Assembly (NCBI GenBank): GCA_965203965.1
Contig: CBDBDR010000017.1
Coordinates: 1 to 64,000 of the forward strand
Reading direction: 5' to 3'
Origin: Thermodesulfobacteriota bacterium
Lineage (GTDB): Bacteria > Desulfobacterota_D > UBA1144 > Nemesobacterales > JAJCZQ01
Length of the DNA stretch: 64,000 bases
The position numbers were made by a program, and so were the translations under genes. The notes beneath the pieces were generated by a model. It was not told where the DNA came from and did no database searches. It saw only the letters and a list, made by a program, of their open reading frames with translations. Shown here piece after piece: positions 21,014 through 28,158 of the stretch (the first letter of the stretch is position 1; every line of letters begins with the position of its first letter).

Positions 21014-21559
21014 TCATGGTCGTATCAGGGAAACGGAGTTGTTTTTATTTTTATACATTATATTGATCTCCCCGTTTTCCTTGCTGTTACGGAATGCAAC
21101 AAATTTATATGGAGAAACGCTCAGTTGAAGCCTCGCTTCGGATATTGACATTGGTTTTAACGGCAATTTTTCCACAGTGATTTTATGATTAAGTTTTTTA
21201 TCCTGCTTATCGTGAATTTGCGTTTTTTGATTGCGGAGACTTCTTCGCTTTTCTGAGGTGACTTTATCAAGGTTACGTCTCAACTGTTTGATCACTATAT
21301 CAACAACCTTGTCAATTGATGCAAAATGATCCTCATCAATAACTGTAGCCGTAGTCTTATAGTTACCGTCAGTTACTATTATTTCTGCGATGTTTCTAAA
21401 TTTTTCAGTTGCGAGGATCAACTTTATCTCGCTCGGTTCATAGTCAGTTTTCATATATTTTTCAATTCTCGGAAACTTTTTCAATGCGTATTTTCTCAAC
21501 TGGGTTGACCTGTTCCTGTTATTTAGATGCCTTGTAGTGACGTTAACGTTTACTTTCAT
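21014..21559 (-). CDS. hpf: Ribosome hibernation promoting factor, long form
   Basis: N-terminal RaiA-like domain, C-terminal KPMSISEA.LQL; context upstream of ptsN. Confidence 0.9.
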   Translation of the reverse strand: MKVNVNVTTRHLNNRNRSTQLRKYALKKFPRIEKYMKTDYEPSEIKLILATEKFRNIAEIIVTDGNYKTTATVIDEDHFASIDKVVDIVIKQLRRNLDKVTSEKRRSLRNQKTQIHDKQDKKLNHKITVEKLPLKPMSISEARLQLSVSPYKFVAFRNSKENGEINIMYKNKNNSVSLIRP

Positions 21560-21666
21560 ATTTTTTGATCCTGCCTTTTTTGTATTCTTCTTGATGAGAA
21601 TGGTATTTTAAGCATCATTCCACACTTTTCAACAGTTTTCAGTGATAACTTAATCTCTCTCTGCTC
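21556..21666 (-). pseudogene. rpoN: Decayed 3' end of sigma54 (RpoN box remnant)
   Basis: Translates EQREIKLSLKTVEKCGMMLKIPFSSRRIQKRQDQKI*; TGA overlaps the hpf ATG; matches the RpoN-box pattern; in-frame stops just upstream. Confidence 0.7.
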
Positions 21667-21803
21667 TCGAGGGTTCTTTATATGTTATTAAATGATTTAT
21701 TAAGTTTTACCTGAAAATAATTTGCTCTTGCATAACAAGAAATCTGAACTAAGAATTGTGTGCATCTTTTGTAGGTGATTGATCATTGCTTAGGAATTTG
21801 GTT

Positions 21804-22424
21804 TCATAATTCGTAAGGTCGTCTCCACGGCATTGTATCCCTGACGTGTAATTCATGATCATTGATCTGTTTTTCAAGTGATAACGTTTGAGATATATCG
21901 TCAAGACCTTTTAATAGTGTTTCTTTTTTGGAGTCATCGACTTCAAATTTCCACGATCTACCAAAATCATCATATACTTCCTGTTTTTCCAGATCAACAG
22001 TCAACTCATAGGATTCAATGAGACGCGTATTTTCAAAGAGATTATTGATGACGTTTTTATCCATTTTCACAGGTAGGATAGAATTTTTAAAGCAGTTGTT
22101 GTAGAAAATATCTGCAAAGGAAGGAGCGATGATCGTTTTGAATCCATACTCTTTTAGCGACCACGGTGCGTGCTCCCTTGAACTTCCGCTCCCAAAGTTA
22201 TTCTTTGTCAAAAGGATTGTGGCACCACTGTATCTTTCGTGGTTTAAAATAAAATCAGGGTTTAGGGTGCCATCTTCATTATAGCGCCAGTCATAAAATA
22301 AAAATTCACCAAATCCTGTTCTTTCTATCCTCTTCAGAAATTGCTTTGGAATTATCTGATCTGTGTCTACGTTGGCTCTGTCCAGTGGGACAACTATCCC
22401 GGTCTCTTTAATATACGGTTCCAT
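21804..22424 (-). CDS. leuD: 3-isopropylmalate dehydratase small subunit
   Basis: [33 protein letters not shown]. Confidence 0.98.
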   Translation of the reverse strand: MEPYIKETGIVVPLDRANVDTDQIIPKQFLKRIERTGFGEFLFYDWRYNEDGTLNPDFILNHERYSGATILLTKNNFGSGSSREHAPWSLKEYGFKTIIAPSFADIFYNNCFKNSILPVKMDKNVINNLFENTRLIESYELTVDLEKQEVYDDFGRSWKFEVDDSKKETLLKGLDDISQTLSLEKQINDHELHVRDTMPWRRPYEL

Positions 22425-22433
22425 TATTTTTCT

Positions 22434-23858
22434 CTATAGATCTTTATTAAGTTCCAAGGTTCTGACGTCTACGAAACGTCCTTTTATGGCTGCTGCCGCC
22501 GCCATTATAGGGCTTACAAGGTGAGTTCTACCTCCTTTCCCCTGCCTGCCTTCAAAATTTCTATTTGACGTGCTTGCACACCTTTGCCCGGGTAAAAGAA
22601 TATCAGGGTTCATCCCGAGGCACATGCTACAGCCGGCTTCTCGCCACTCAAATCCGGCATCTCTGAAAGTCTTGTCTAAACCGATTTTTTCAGCCTGTAA
22701 TTTTACCATCTGTGACCCGGGAACAATCATTGCTCTCACATCTTTTGCCACTTTTTTCCCCTTTACAATTTTAGCGGCAGCTTTCAGATCTTCCAGTCTG
22801 GCGTTTGTGCATGATCCGATAAAAACCCTGTCAATTTTTATATCTTCAATAGGGGTATTTGGTTTTAAGTTCATATACTCAAGTGCGTGTATGGTGGATT
22901 TTCTTCTTTCTTCATCATCTATATCATCCGGGTCTGGAACTTTTGAGCTAACATCCATTACCATACCGGGATTTGTCCCCCAGCTTACCTGCGGAGCTAT
23001 TTCTGAAGCATTTAGAGTTATAGATCTATCAAACACCGCATCGTCGTCAGTTTTTAAAGTTTCCCAATAAGCGACTGCCTGATCAAGATCTTTCCCACTT
23101 GGTGAGTACTTTCTTCCTTTCACATAATCATATGTTTTTTGATCCGGAGCTATCATTCCTGCCTTTGCACCTGCCTCAATGGACATATTACAAATTGTCA
23201 TTCTTTCTTCCATTGATAAAGCCTTAATTGTGTTGCCCCTGTATTCAACTACGTGCTGAGTTGCGCCCGCGGTACCTATCTTCCCGATTATGCTTAATAT
23301 GATGTCTTTCGCACTGACTCCGTATTGGCACTTGCCATCTATTTTTATTTCAAATACTTTTGGTTTGTTCTGCCACAAGCACTGTGTTGAAAGCACGTGC
23401 TCAACCTCACTTGTGCCGATACCAAACGCAAGTGAACCAAAAGCTCCGTGTGTTGAAGTATGGCTGTCACCGCAGACTATGGTCATTCCGGGTTTTGTTA
23501 ATCCCAGTTCGGGACCAATGACATGAACAATTCCCTGAGAGTGGCTATTGACCGTAATTCCGTATAGCTCTATTCTATACTCTTCGCAGTTTTGCTTCAG
23601 AGTTTCCATCTGTTGTGCGGATATTTCATCTTCCACAGGCAGGGACCTATCCGTAGTTGGGACATTATGATCCATAGTTGCAAAAGTAAGATCTGCTCTC
23701 CTGACTTTTCTGTTGTTGAGTCTTAATCCTTCAAATGCCTGTGGTGAGGTTACTTCATGCACCAGATGCAGATCAACGTATAAAAGGCTCGGTTTCTGAT
23801 CCTGTTCATAAACTACGTGGGTGTTCCATACTTTATCAAAGAGTGTTTTTCCTTTCAT
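22434..23858 (-). CDS. leuC: 3-isopropylmalate dehydratase large subunit
   Basis: [42 protein letters not shown]. Confidence 0.99.
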   Translation of the reverse strand: MKGKTLFDKVWNTHVVYEQDQKPSLLYVDLHLVHEVTSPQAFEGLRLNNRKVRRADLTFATMDHNVPTTDRSLPVEDEISAQQMETLKQNCEEYRIELYGITVNSHSQGIVHVIGPELGLTKPGMTIVCGDSHTSTHGAFGSLAFGIGTSEVEHVLSTQCLWQNKPKVFEIKIDGKCQYGVSAKDIILSIIGKIGTAGATQHVVEYRGNTIKALSMEERMTICNMSIEAGAKAGMIAPDQKTYDYVKGRKYSPSGKDLDQAVAYWETLKTDDDAVFDRSITLNASEIAPQVSWGTNPGMVMDVSSKVPDPDDIDDEERRKSTIHALEYMNLKPNTPIEDIKIDRVFIGSCTNARLEDLKAAAKIVKGKKVAKDVRAMIVPGSQMVKLQAEKIGLDKTFRDAGFEWREAGCSMCLGMNPDILLPGQRCASTSNRNFEGRQGKGGRTHLVSPIMAAAAAIKGRFVDVRTLELNKDL

Positions 23859-23867
23859 CGTCTTCTT

Positions 23868-25145
23868 TCATCCCGATTGTTTTATTGTTTTAGACCCTGC
23901 ATATTTGGCTTCGGATCCAAGCTCTTCCTCAATTCGCAACAGTTGATTATATTTTGCAATCCTGTCGCTTCTGGATGCGGAACCGGTCTTGATCTGCCCT
24001 GAATTGGTTGCTACCGCTATATCTGCTATTATCGAGTCTTCAGTCTCTCCGGATCTGTGTGATATGATGTAGCTATAACCCCCGTTCCTCGCGGTTTCAA
24101 TTGCTTGTAAGGTCTCACTTAGCGTTCCGATCTGGTTGACTTTTATCAATATTGAGTTTGCAACCTGCTTTTTTATTCCCTTTTTTAAGATCTTGGTATT
24201 TGTAACAAACAGATCGTCTCCAACCAGTTGCACTTTGTTCCCTATTGTTTTTGTAATGTTTACCCAACCATCCCAATCATCTTCTGCCAACGGGTCTTCA
24301 ATTGAAACTATCGGGTATTTATTTATCCATTTGACGTATAGGTCTATCAGTTCTTTTGAAGATATTTTTTTGTTTTCCAATTCGTATTTTTCATTACTGT
24401 AAAACTCGCTGGATGCTACGTCAAGGGCAATGGATACTTGGTCGGCGGGTTCATAACCGGCTTTTGAAATTGATTCGAGAATCAGTTCAACTGCTTGTTC
24501 ATTTGACTTCAAGTCGGGGGCAAAGCCACCTTCATCTCCAACGGAGGTTGAGTAGCCATTTTTGCTGAGAAGTTGTTTTAAGTTATGAAATATCTCTACC
24601 CCGGCTCTCAAGCCTTCAGAAAACTTTTGAAAGCCGTGAGGCACGATCATAAACTCCTGAAAATCCAGATTGTTGTCGGCGTGTTGTCCCCCGTTAATTA
24701 TATTCATCAAAGGAACAGGCAGAACGTTTGACACTGGGCTGCCCAAATACCTATAAACAGGTATTCCAAGCGATGCGGAGGCAGCTCTGGCAACTGCAAG
24801 AGATACACCGAGTATTGCATTAGCTCCGAGTTTTGATTTTGAAGGCGTGCCGTCTATTTCAATTAACAGATTGTCAATTTGCGTCTGATTGCGAGAGTTT
24901 TGCCCCATCAATTCTCTTGCAATAACCTGATTTACGTTATTTACTGCCTTGATAACACCTTTGCCCATAAATCGTTTTTTATTTTTATCTCTTAGCTCTA
25001 GTGCTTCACGCGAACCCGTTGAAGCACCTGAGGGAATGGCTGCTCTTCCATGCGAGCCGTCGTCGCATTTCACGTCAACTTCAACTGTGGGGTTTCCCCT
25101 TGAGTCAAGTATTTCACGGGCGTGTATATTTGTTATTAGAGGCAT
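23868..25145 (-). CDS. eno: Enolase
   Basis: [30 protein letters not shown]. Confidence 0.99.
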   Translation of the reverse strand: MPLITNIHAREILDSRGNPTVEVDVKCDDGSHGRAAIPSGASTGSREALELRDKNKKRFMGKGVIKAVNNVNQVIARELMGQNSRNQTQIDNLLIEIDGTPSKSKLGANAILGVSLAVARAASASLGIPVYRYLGSPVSNVLPVPLMNIINGGQHADNNLDFQEFMIVPHGFQKFSEGLRAGVEIFHNLKQLLSKNGYSTSVGDEGGFAPDLKSNEQAVELILESISKAGYEPADQVSIALDVASSEFYSNEKYELENKKISSKELIDLYVKWINKYPIVSIEDPLAEDDWDGWVNITKTIGNKVQLVGDDLFVTNTKILKKGIKKQVANSILIKVNQIGTLSETLQAIETARNGGYSYIISHRSGETEDSIIADIAVATNSGQIKTGSASRSDRIAKYNQLLRIEEELGSEAKYAGSKTIKQSG

Positions 25146-25234
25146 TTTTATGCTTATTGTTGTTTATTCAAACTTTATAACTATGAACTTAATACATCTA
25201 TTTTCAAATTTTTTCTGTGGTAAAATACTCATCC

Positions 25235-25480
25235 ATGTTTAAAAATGATTTGTTAAAAGCCATTTCTTATGCGAATAAGGGAAAATGGGACGATGCGCAT
25301 AAAACCGTTCAGGATATAGAAAGCGAATATGCTTACTGGATTCATGCGAATCTTCACAGGGAAGAAGGTGATATATCCAATTCCAAGTATTGGTATGCAA
25401 AGGCGAACAGGGAATACACTGAGTTAGATTTTGAAAAAGAAAGGGAAAACATAAGAAGGGAGATTGAGGAGAGATTTTGA
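25235..25480 (+). CDS. Conserved hypothetical protein
   Basis: W..AH..VQD, WIHA.LHR.EGD..N..YWY pattern; ATG at 25235 (alternative GTG at 25217). Confidence 0.8.
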   Translation: MFKNDLLKAISYANKGKWDDAHKTVQDIESEYAYWIHANLHREEGDISNSKYWYAKANREYTELDFEKERENIRREIEERF

Positions 25481-25486
25481 AAGTGT

Positions 25487-25669
25487 ATTTCAGTAGAGAG
25501 GTTTTTGGTTATACTGGTGAAACACAGTTGGTCGGATTATTTACATTTCAAAATATCTGAATTTCAGTAGAGAGGTTTTTGGTTATACTGGTGAAACTTT
25601 TTGCAGCTAAGGTAATTGATAAGCCAGAGAAGATTTCAGTAGAGAGGTTTTTGGTTATACTGGTGAAAC
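25487..25669 (+). CRISPR. CRISPR array: 3 identical 37-bp repeats, 2 spacers (37 and 35 bp)
   Basis: ATTTCAGTAGAGAGGTTTTTGGTTATACTGGTGAAAC at 25487-25523, 25561-25597, 25633-25669; strand inferred from tracrRNA complementarity. Confidence 0.97.
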
Positions 25670-25676
25670 CCCTCTC

Positions 25677-25711
25677 TCCCAAGCCCTTATTACAGGAGCT
25701 TGGGATGTTTT
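25677..25711 (+). terminator. Hairpin plus T-tract after the last repeat (candidate pre-crRNA terminator or leader element)
   Basis: TCCCAAGC (25677-84) / GCTTGGGA (25698-705) followed by TGTTTT. Confidence 0.55.
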
Positions 25712-25762
25712 TGGAAAACAAGTTTTTCGTAAAAGGCACTTTTGCATTAAAAGACAATGATT

Positions 25763-25790
25763 TTGCGAAAAATGATTTTTGTGCTAAACT
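25763..25790 (+). promoter_or_regulatory. Putative sigma70 promoter of tracrRNA
   Basis: TTGCGA-16 bp-TAAACT with extended -10 TG; predicted start lies just before the anti-repeat. Confidence 0.55.
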
Positions 25791-25796
25791 TCACTG

Positions 25797-25930
25797 CAAC
25801 CAGTATAACTGATTACTTATTCTCTGTAATCATCTAAAAGCATGTTGAACGGACCTCTGCTTAGCACGTCTGCTCTCTTTATTAAGTAGAGACAAAGAGG
25901 AACTGCCTTCGGGCGGTTCCTTTGTTCTTT
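25797..25930 (+). ncRNA. tracrRNA (type II-B)
   Basis: Anti-repeat 25799-25830 pairs ungapped with repeat positions 1-32 (26/32 counting G-U); scaffold CTCTGTAATCATCTAAAAGCATGTTGAACGGACCTCTG...CACGTCTG closely resembles the F. novicida tracrRNA as recalled. Confidence 0.9.
25899..25930 (+). terminator. Intrinsic terminator of tracrRNA, convergent with the cas4 stop
   Basis: GGAACTGCC-TTCG-GGCGGTTCC followed by TTTGTTCTTT. Confidence 0.85.
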
Positions 25931-26504
25931 ATAGACGGTCATTGCATAAATTGACATATTCACAAGCACAGCATTGAGCGACAGTTGCACTTGTTTCTGG
26001 TTTTAGCCCACTTTGCAGAATTTTTCTTATTTGGTTGGCTACGTCCATCACGGACGCGCGTTTTTCCGAGTCAATGTAAATTGTATGTAAAACTTTTCCT
26101 TTGCCAACTAAGAATCCAACCGGGCTGGGTTTAGAGAAATATTTTTCCAAAAGCATTGCGTAAGCTACAAGTTGTAATTGGTCACCGCGTCTTTGATTGT
26201 TGGCGGAGAGTTTAAATTCTATAGCATGAACTGCCTCATCAGTCTCTATTGCCATATCAACAATGCCGTGAAGTTCAAGCTCATCATCTTTTATCACCAA
26301 GTTGTGATGGGTTTCTCCATTTTTCAGATTAAATCTAGATAGATTTCGGCGCCGCCATAATTTTTCTTCACGCTGATGAAAATCTTCGCCTTGTTTTATC
26401 CAAGTCGGATATTCAATCTTGAAATCTGTTAATTCAAAGTAATAAACTTTTCTTGGGCAATAACACCACTGGCGAATTAAATTAACAGGAATACTATATG
26501 ACAT
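25929..26504 (-). CDS. cas4: CRISPR-associated exonuclease Cas4
   Basis: YCPR, GIVD...IEFK, QLVAY, C..CEY..LC. Confidence 0.95.
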   Translation of the reverse strand: MSYSIPVNLIRQWCYCPRKVYYFELTDFKIEYPTWIKQGEDFHQREEKLWRRRNLSRFNLKNGETHHNLVIKDDELELHGIVDMAIETDEAVHAIEFKLSANNQRRGDQLQLVAYAMLLEKYFSKPSPVGFLVGKGKVLHTIYIDSEKRASVMDVANQIRKILQSGLKPETSATVAQCCACEYVNLCNDRL

Positions 26505-26796
26505 AATTTTCTTCCCAATCTCTAAAGTCTTCTTTTTGATGTCCTATAAAATAACTCTGACCTCGTCCGTTGAAGTTTGTATGTGTAATAAATGCCTTGT
26601 CTATTTTTTCCAAACTGTTTTTCAAGTAACGTTTAACCGCCTCCAGTTCAGCCAGAGTCAGGTAGCCCCAAAAAACCGATTTTTGCACGGACCTTAGTCC
26701 GTATTTGCCTAGTTCTTTGAAGATACGGGTGCGTATTTTGTTATCTTCCACGTCGTAACTAATCAGATATTCCTGCCTTAACGGATAGTTTTTCAT
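26494..26796 (-). CDS. cas2: CRISPR-associated Cas2
   Basis: YLISYDVEDNKIR, VQKSVF. Confidence 0.96.
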   Translation of the reverse strand: MKNYPLRQEYLISYDVEDNKIRTRIFKELGKYGLRSVQKSVFWGYLTLAELEAVKRYLKNSLEKIDKAFITHTNFNGRGQSYFIGHQKEDFRDWEENYVI

Positions 26797-26805
26797 ATTA
26801 ACGGA

Positions 26806-27762
26806 TTACCACTTGAACAAGTATGGCTTGTATGTCTTTTCACCGTAAAAGTGACCGCATAAACGATAAATCTGTCTCTGAATAATGTATTCCAACTTAT
26901 GCTTTTTCCCTCTGTAAAAGTATCTTTTGGCGCATGTTTTTTGGATCTCATCAATAAGTGTTTTTTTCAACTCCATGCCCAGTGTTGTCTTCCCTTCACT
27001 TTGAGAGCGTAGTTTTATTACGGCACGGTCAACTACCCATGCGCGATACTCTTCCATTATATCAAGTACAAGTGCCATTTTACCCGGACGGGTCGCGTGC
27101 ATAATGCCGAGATACGGCTCAAGTCCTGCATTTATAATGGCATTCAGTATATAACTGCTTAATACCGAATACCCGAGATTGAGCATTGAATTGTTAATTT
27201 CTTGGCTTCCTCTGCCTTCACGTTTTTTAAATGAGGATGAAAATAATTGTGCCTGACGTAAACTTTGAAAATAAATGTTTGCACTTATCCCCTCAAAGCC
27301 CAGCAACGTTTCAATATCCCTTGCATGCCCCGCTTCAAAGATGTTTTTCAATAACTCATCCGCTGCAAGTTGTATTGACGGGTGCTGATGATATTTGCCA
27401 AGGTAATTTAATACGGCGCGTTGATTTTTGATTTTAGCGGAGACAATTTTCCTCGCAAGTGGTAGGGTATCGTTCTGACAAAAACCCATTTGTGCCATTC
27501 TGACGGCCACAACGCCGTGTTGTGATTGTCCAACGATTGTAGAGTGCTGAACACCGCGAAAATCAAGAAAGAATAACTTGATGCCCCGTGCGCTCAAGGA
27601 TTCTACTAAGTCACTGGAAAAACTGACTCCTCGTTTGGCTATGGAAATGGTACATAGGCGGTTAAGCGGGAAATAGCGAGTTTCGCCATTCTGTTTTACT
27701 GCCAGACGATGGCTGTCAAGACCCAAAAATGAGCCATAGTCACTAATAACCAGATGCTTCAC
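26806..27762 (-). CDS. cas1: CRISPR-associated integrase Cas1
   Basis: KIKNQ, LGFEG..A..YF, NSMLNLGY, GLEPYLGIMH, LDIMEEYR. Confidence 0.97.
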   Translation of the reverse strand: MKHLVISDYGSFLGLDSHRLAVKQNGETRYFPLNRLCTISIAKRGVSFSSDLVESLSARGIKLFFLDFRGVQHSTIVGQSQHGVVAVRMAQMGFCQNDTLPLARKIVSAKIKNQRAVLNYLGKYHQHPSIQLAADELLKNIFEAGHARDIETLLGFEGISANIYFQSLRQAQLFSSSFKKREGRGSQEINNSMLNLGYSVLSSYILNAIINAGLEPYLGIMHATRPGKMALVLDIMEEYRAWVVDRAVIKLRSQSEGKTTLGMELKKTLIDEIQKTCAKRYFYRGKKHKLEYIIQRQIYRLCGHFYGEKTYKPYLFKW

Positions 27763-28028
27763 TATGTGGTTTTTACCTTAAGCGGAAATCTGCCGGGATT
27801 CTTGATAATTTCTTTTGTTAGATCAATATCAATAGCCAGCCAGTGATAGTGATTCTGGGATAATTGCTCCACGTTCAGTATTGCTTCGACGGTTTGACCC
27901 TTGAACCAAAGGAAGTATTCATAAGACATGAAAAACTCTTCGTCTTGCGCAAACAGCCATATTCCATGCGTGGATATATGCGTAATTTCAACTGCCGAAG
28001 TTTTATTGCCAAGCGTTGCTAAACTCAT
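27762..28028 (-). CDS. DUF2442-family protein
   Basis: VEITHISTHGIWL, FMSYEYF.WF, HW..IDIDL....I..P.RFPL; stop overlaps the cas1 GTG. Confidence 0.8.
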   Translation of the reverse strand: MSLATLGNKTSAVEITHISTHGIWLFAQDEEFFMSYEYFLWFKGQTVEAILNVEQLSQNHYHWLAIDIDLTKEIIKNPGRFPLKVKTT

Positions 28029-28047
28029 GGTAATTGTCCTCTATTCT
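27988..28047 (-). pseudogene. C-terminal remnant of a DUF4160-like partner gene
   Basis: Alternative frame across the DUF2442 start reads RIEDNYHEFSNAWQ*NFGS*, like recalled DUF4160 C-termini. Confidence 0.5.
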
Positions 28048-28062
28048 ATCTTTTGGTGTGAG

Positions 28063-28158
28063 TCAGGTAATAGCAAATTTTAACGTTCCTTTTACTACTA
28101 TGCTATTGTTGTCCAGTCCAAGAAGTGAACCATAGTCATCTACGACAAGATGTCTCAC
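28063..28158 (-). pseudogene. cas1: Truncated second cas1 (N-terminal 23 aa plus short tail)
   Basis: GTG overlaps the cas9 TGA; MRHLVVDDYGSLLGLDNNSIVVK is 14/23 identical to the intact Cas1 N-terminus. Confidence 0.85.

Noticed and set aside
25414..25450. Possible degenerate fourth repeat or scaRNA 36 bp upstream of repeat 1
   Set aside because: Only 18/37 matches, mostly A/T runs, lacks the TTTCAG handle and lies within a conserved coding region
25524..25632. Self-targeting by the spacers (ATCCGACCA near 33281, AAGCCAGAGAA near 38129)
   Set aside because: Matches of 9-11 nt are expected by chance in 64 kb and do not cover the full seed; no long match was seen by eye, though the search was not exhaustive
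25548..25812. Tracked ORFs with repeated peptides
   Set aside because: They are translations of the CRISPR repeats
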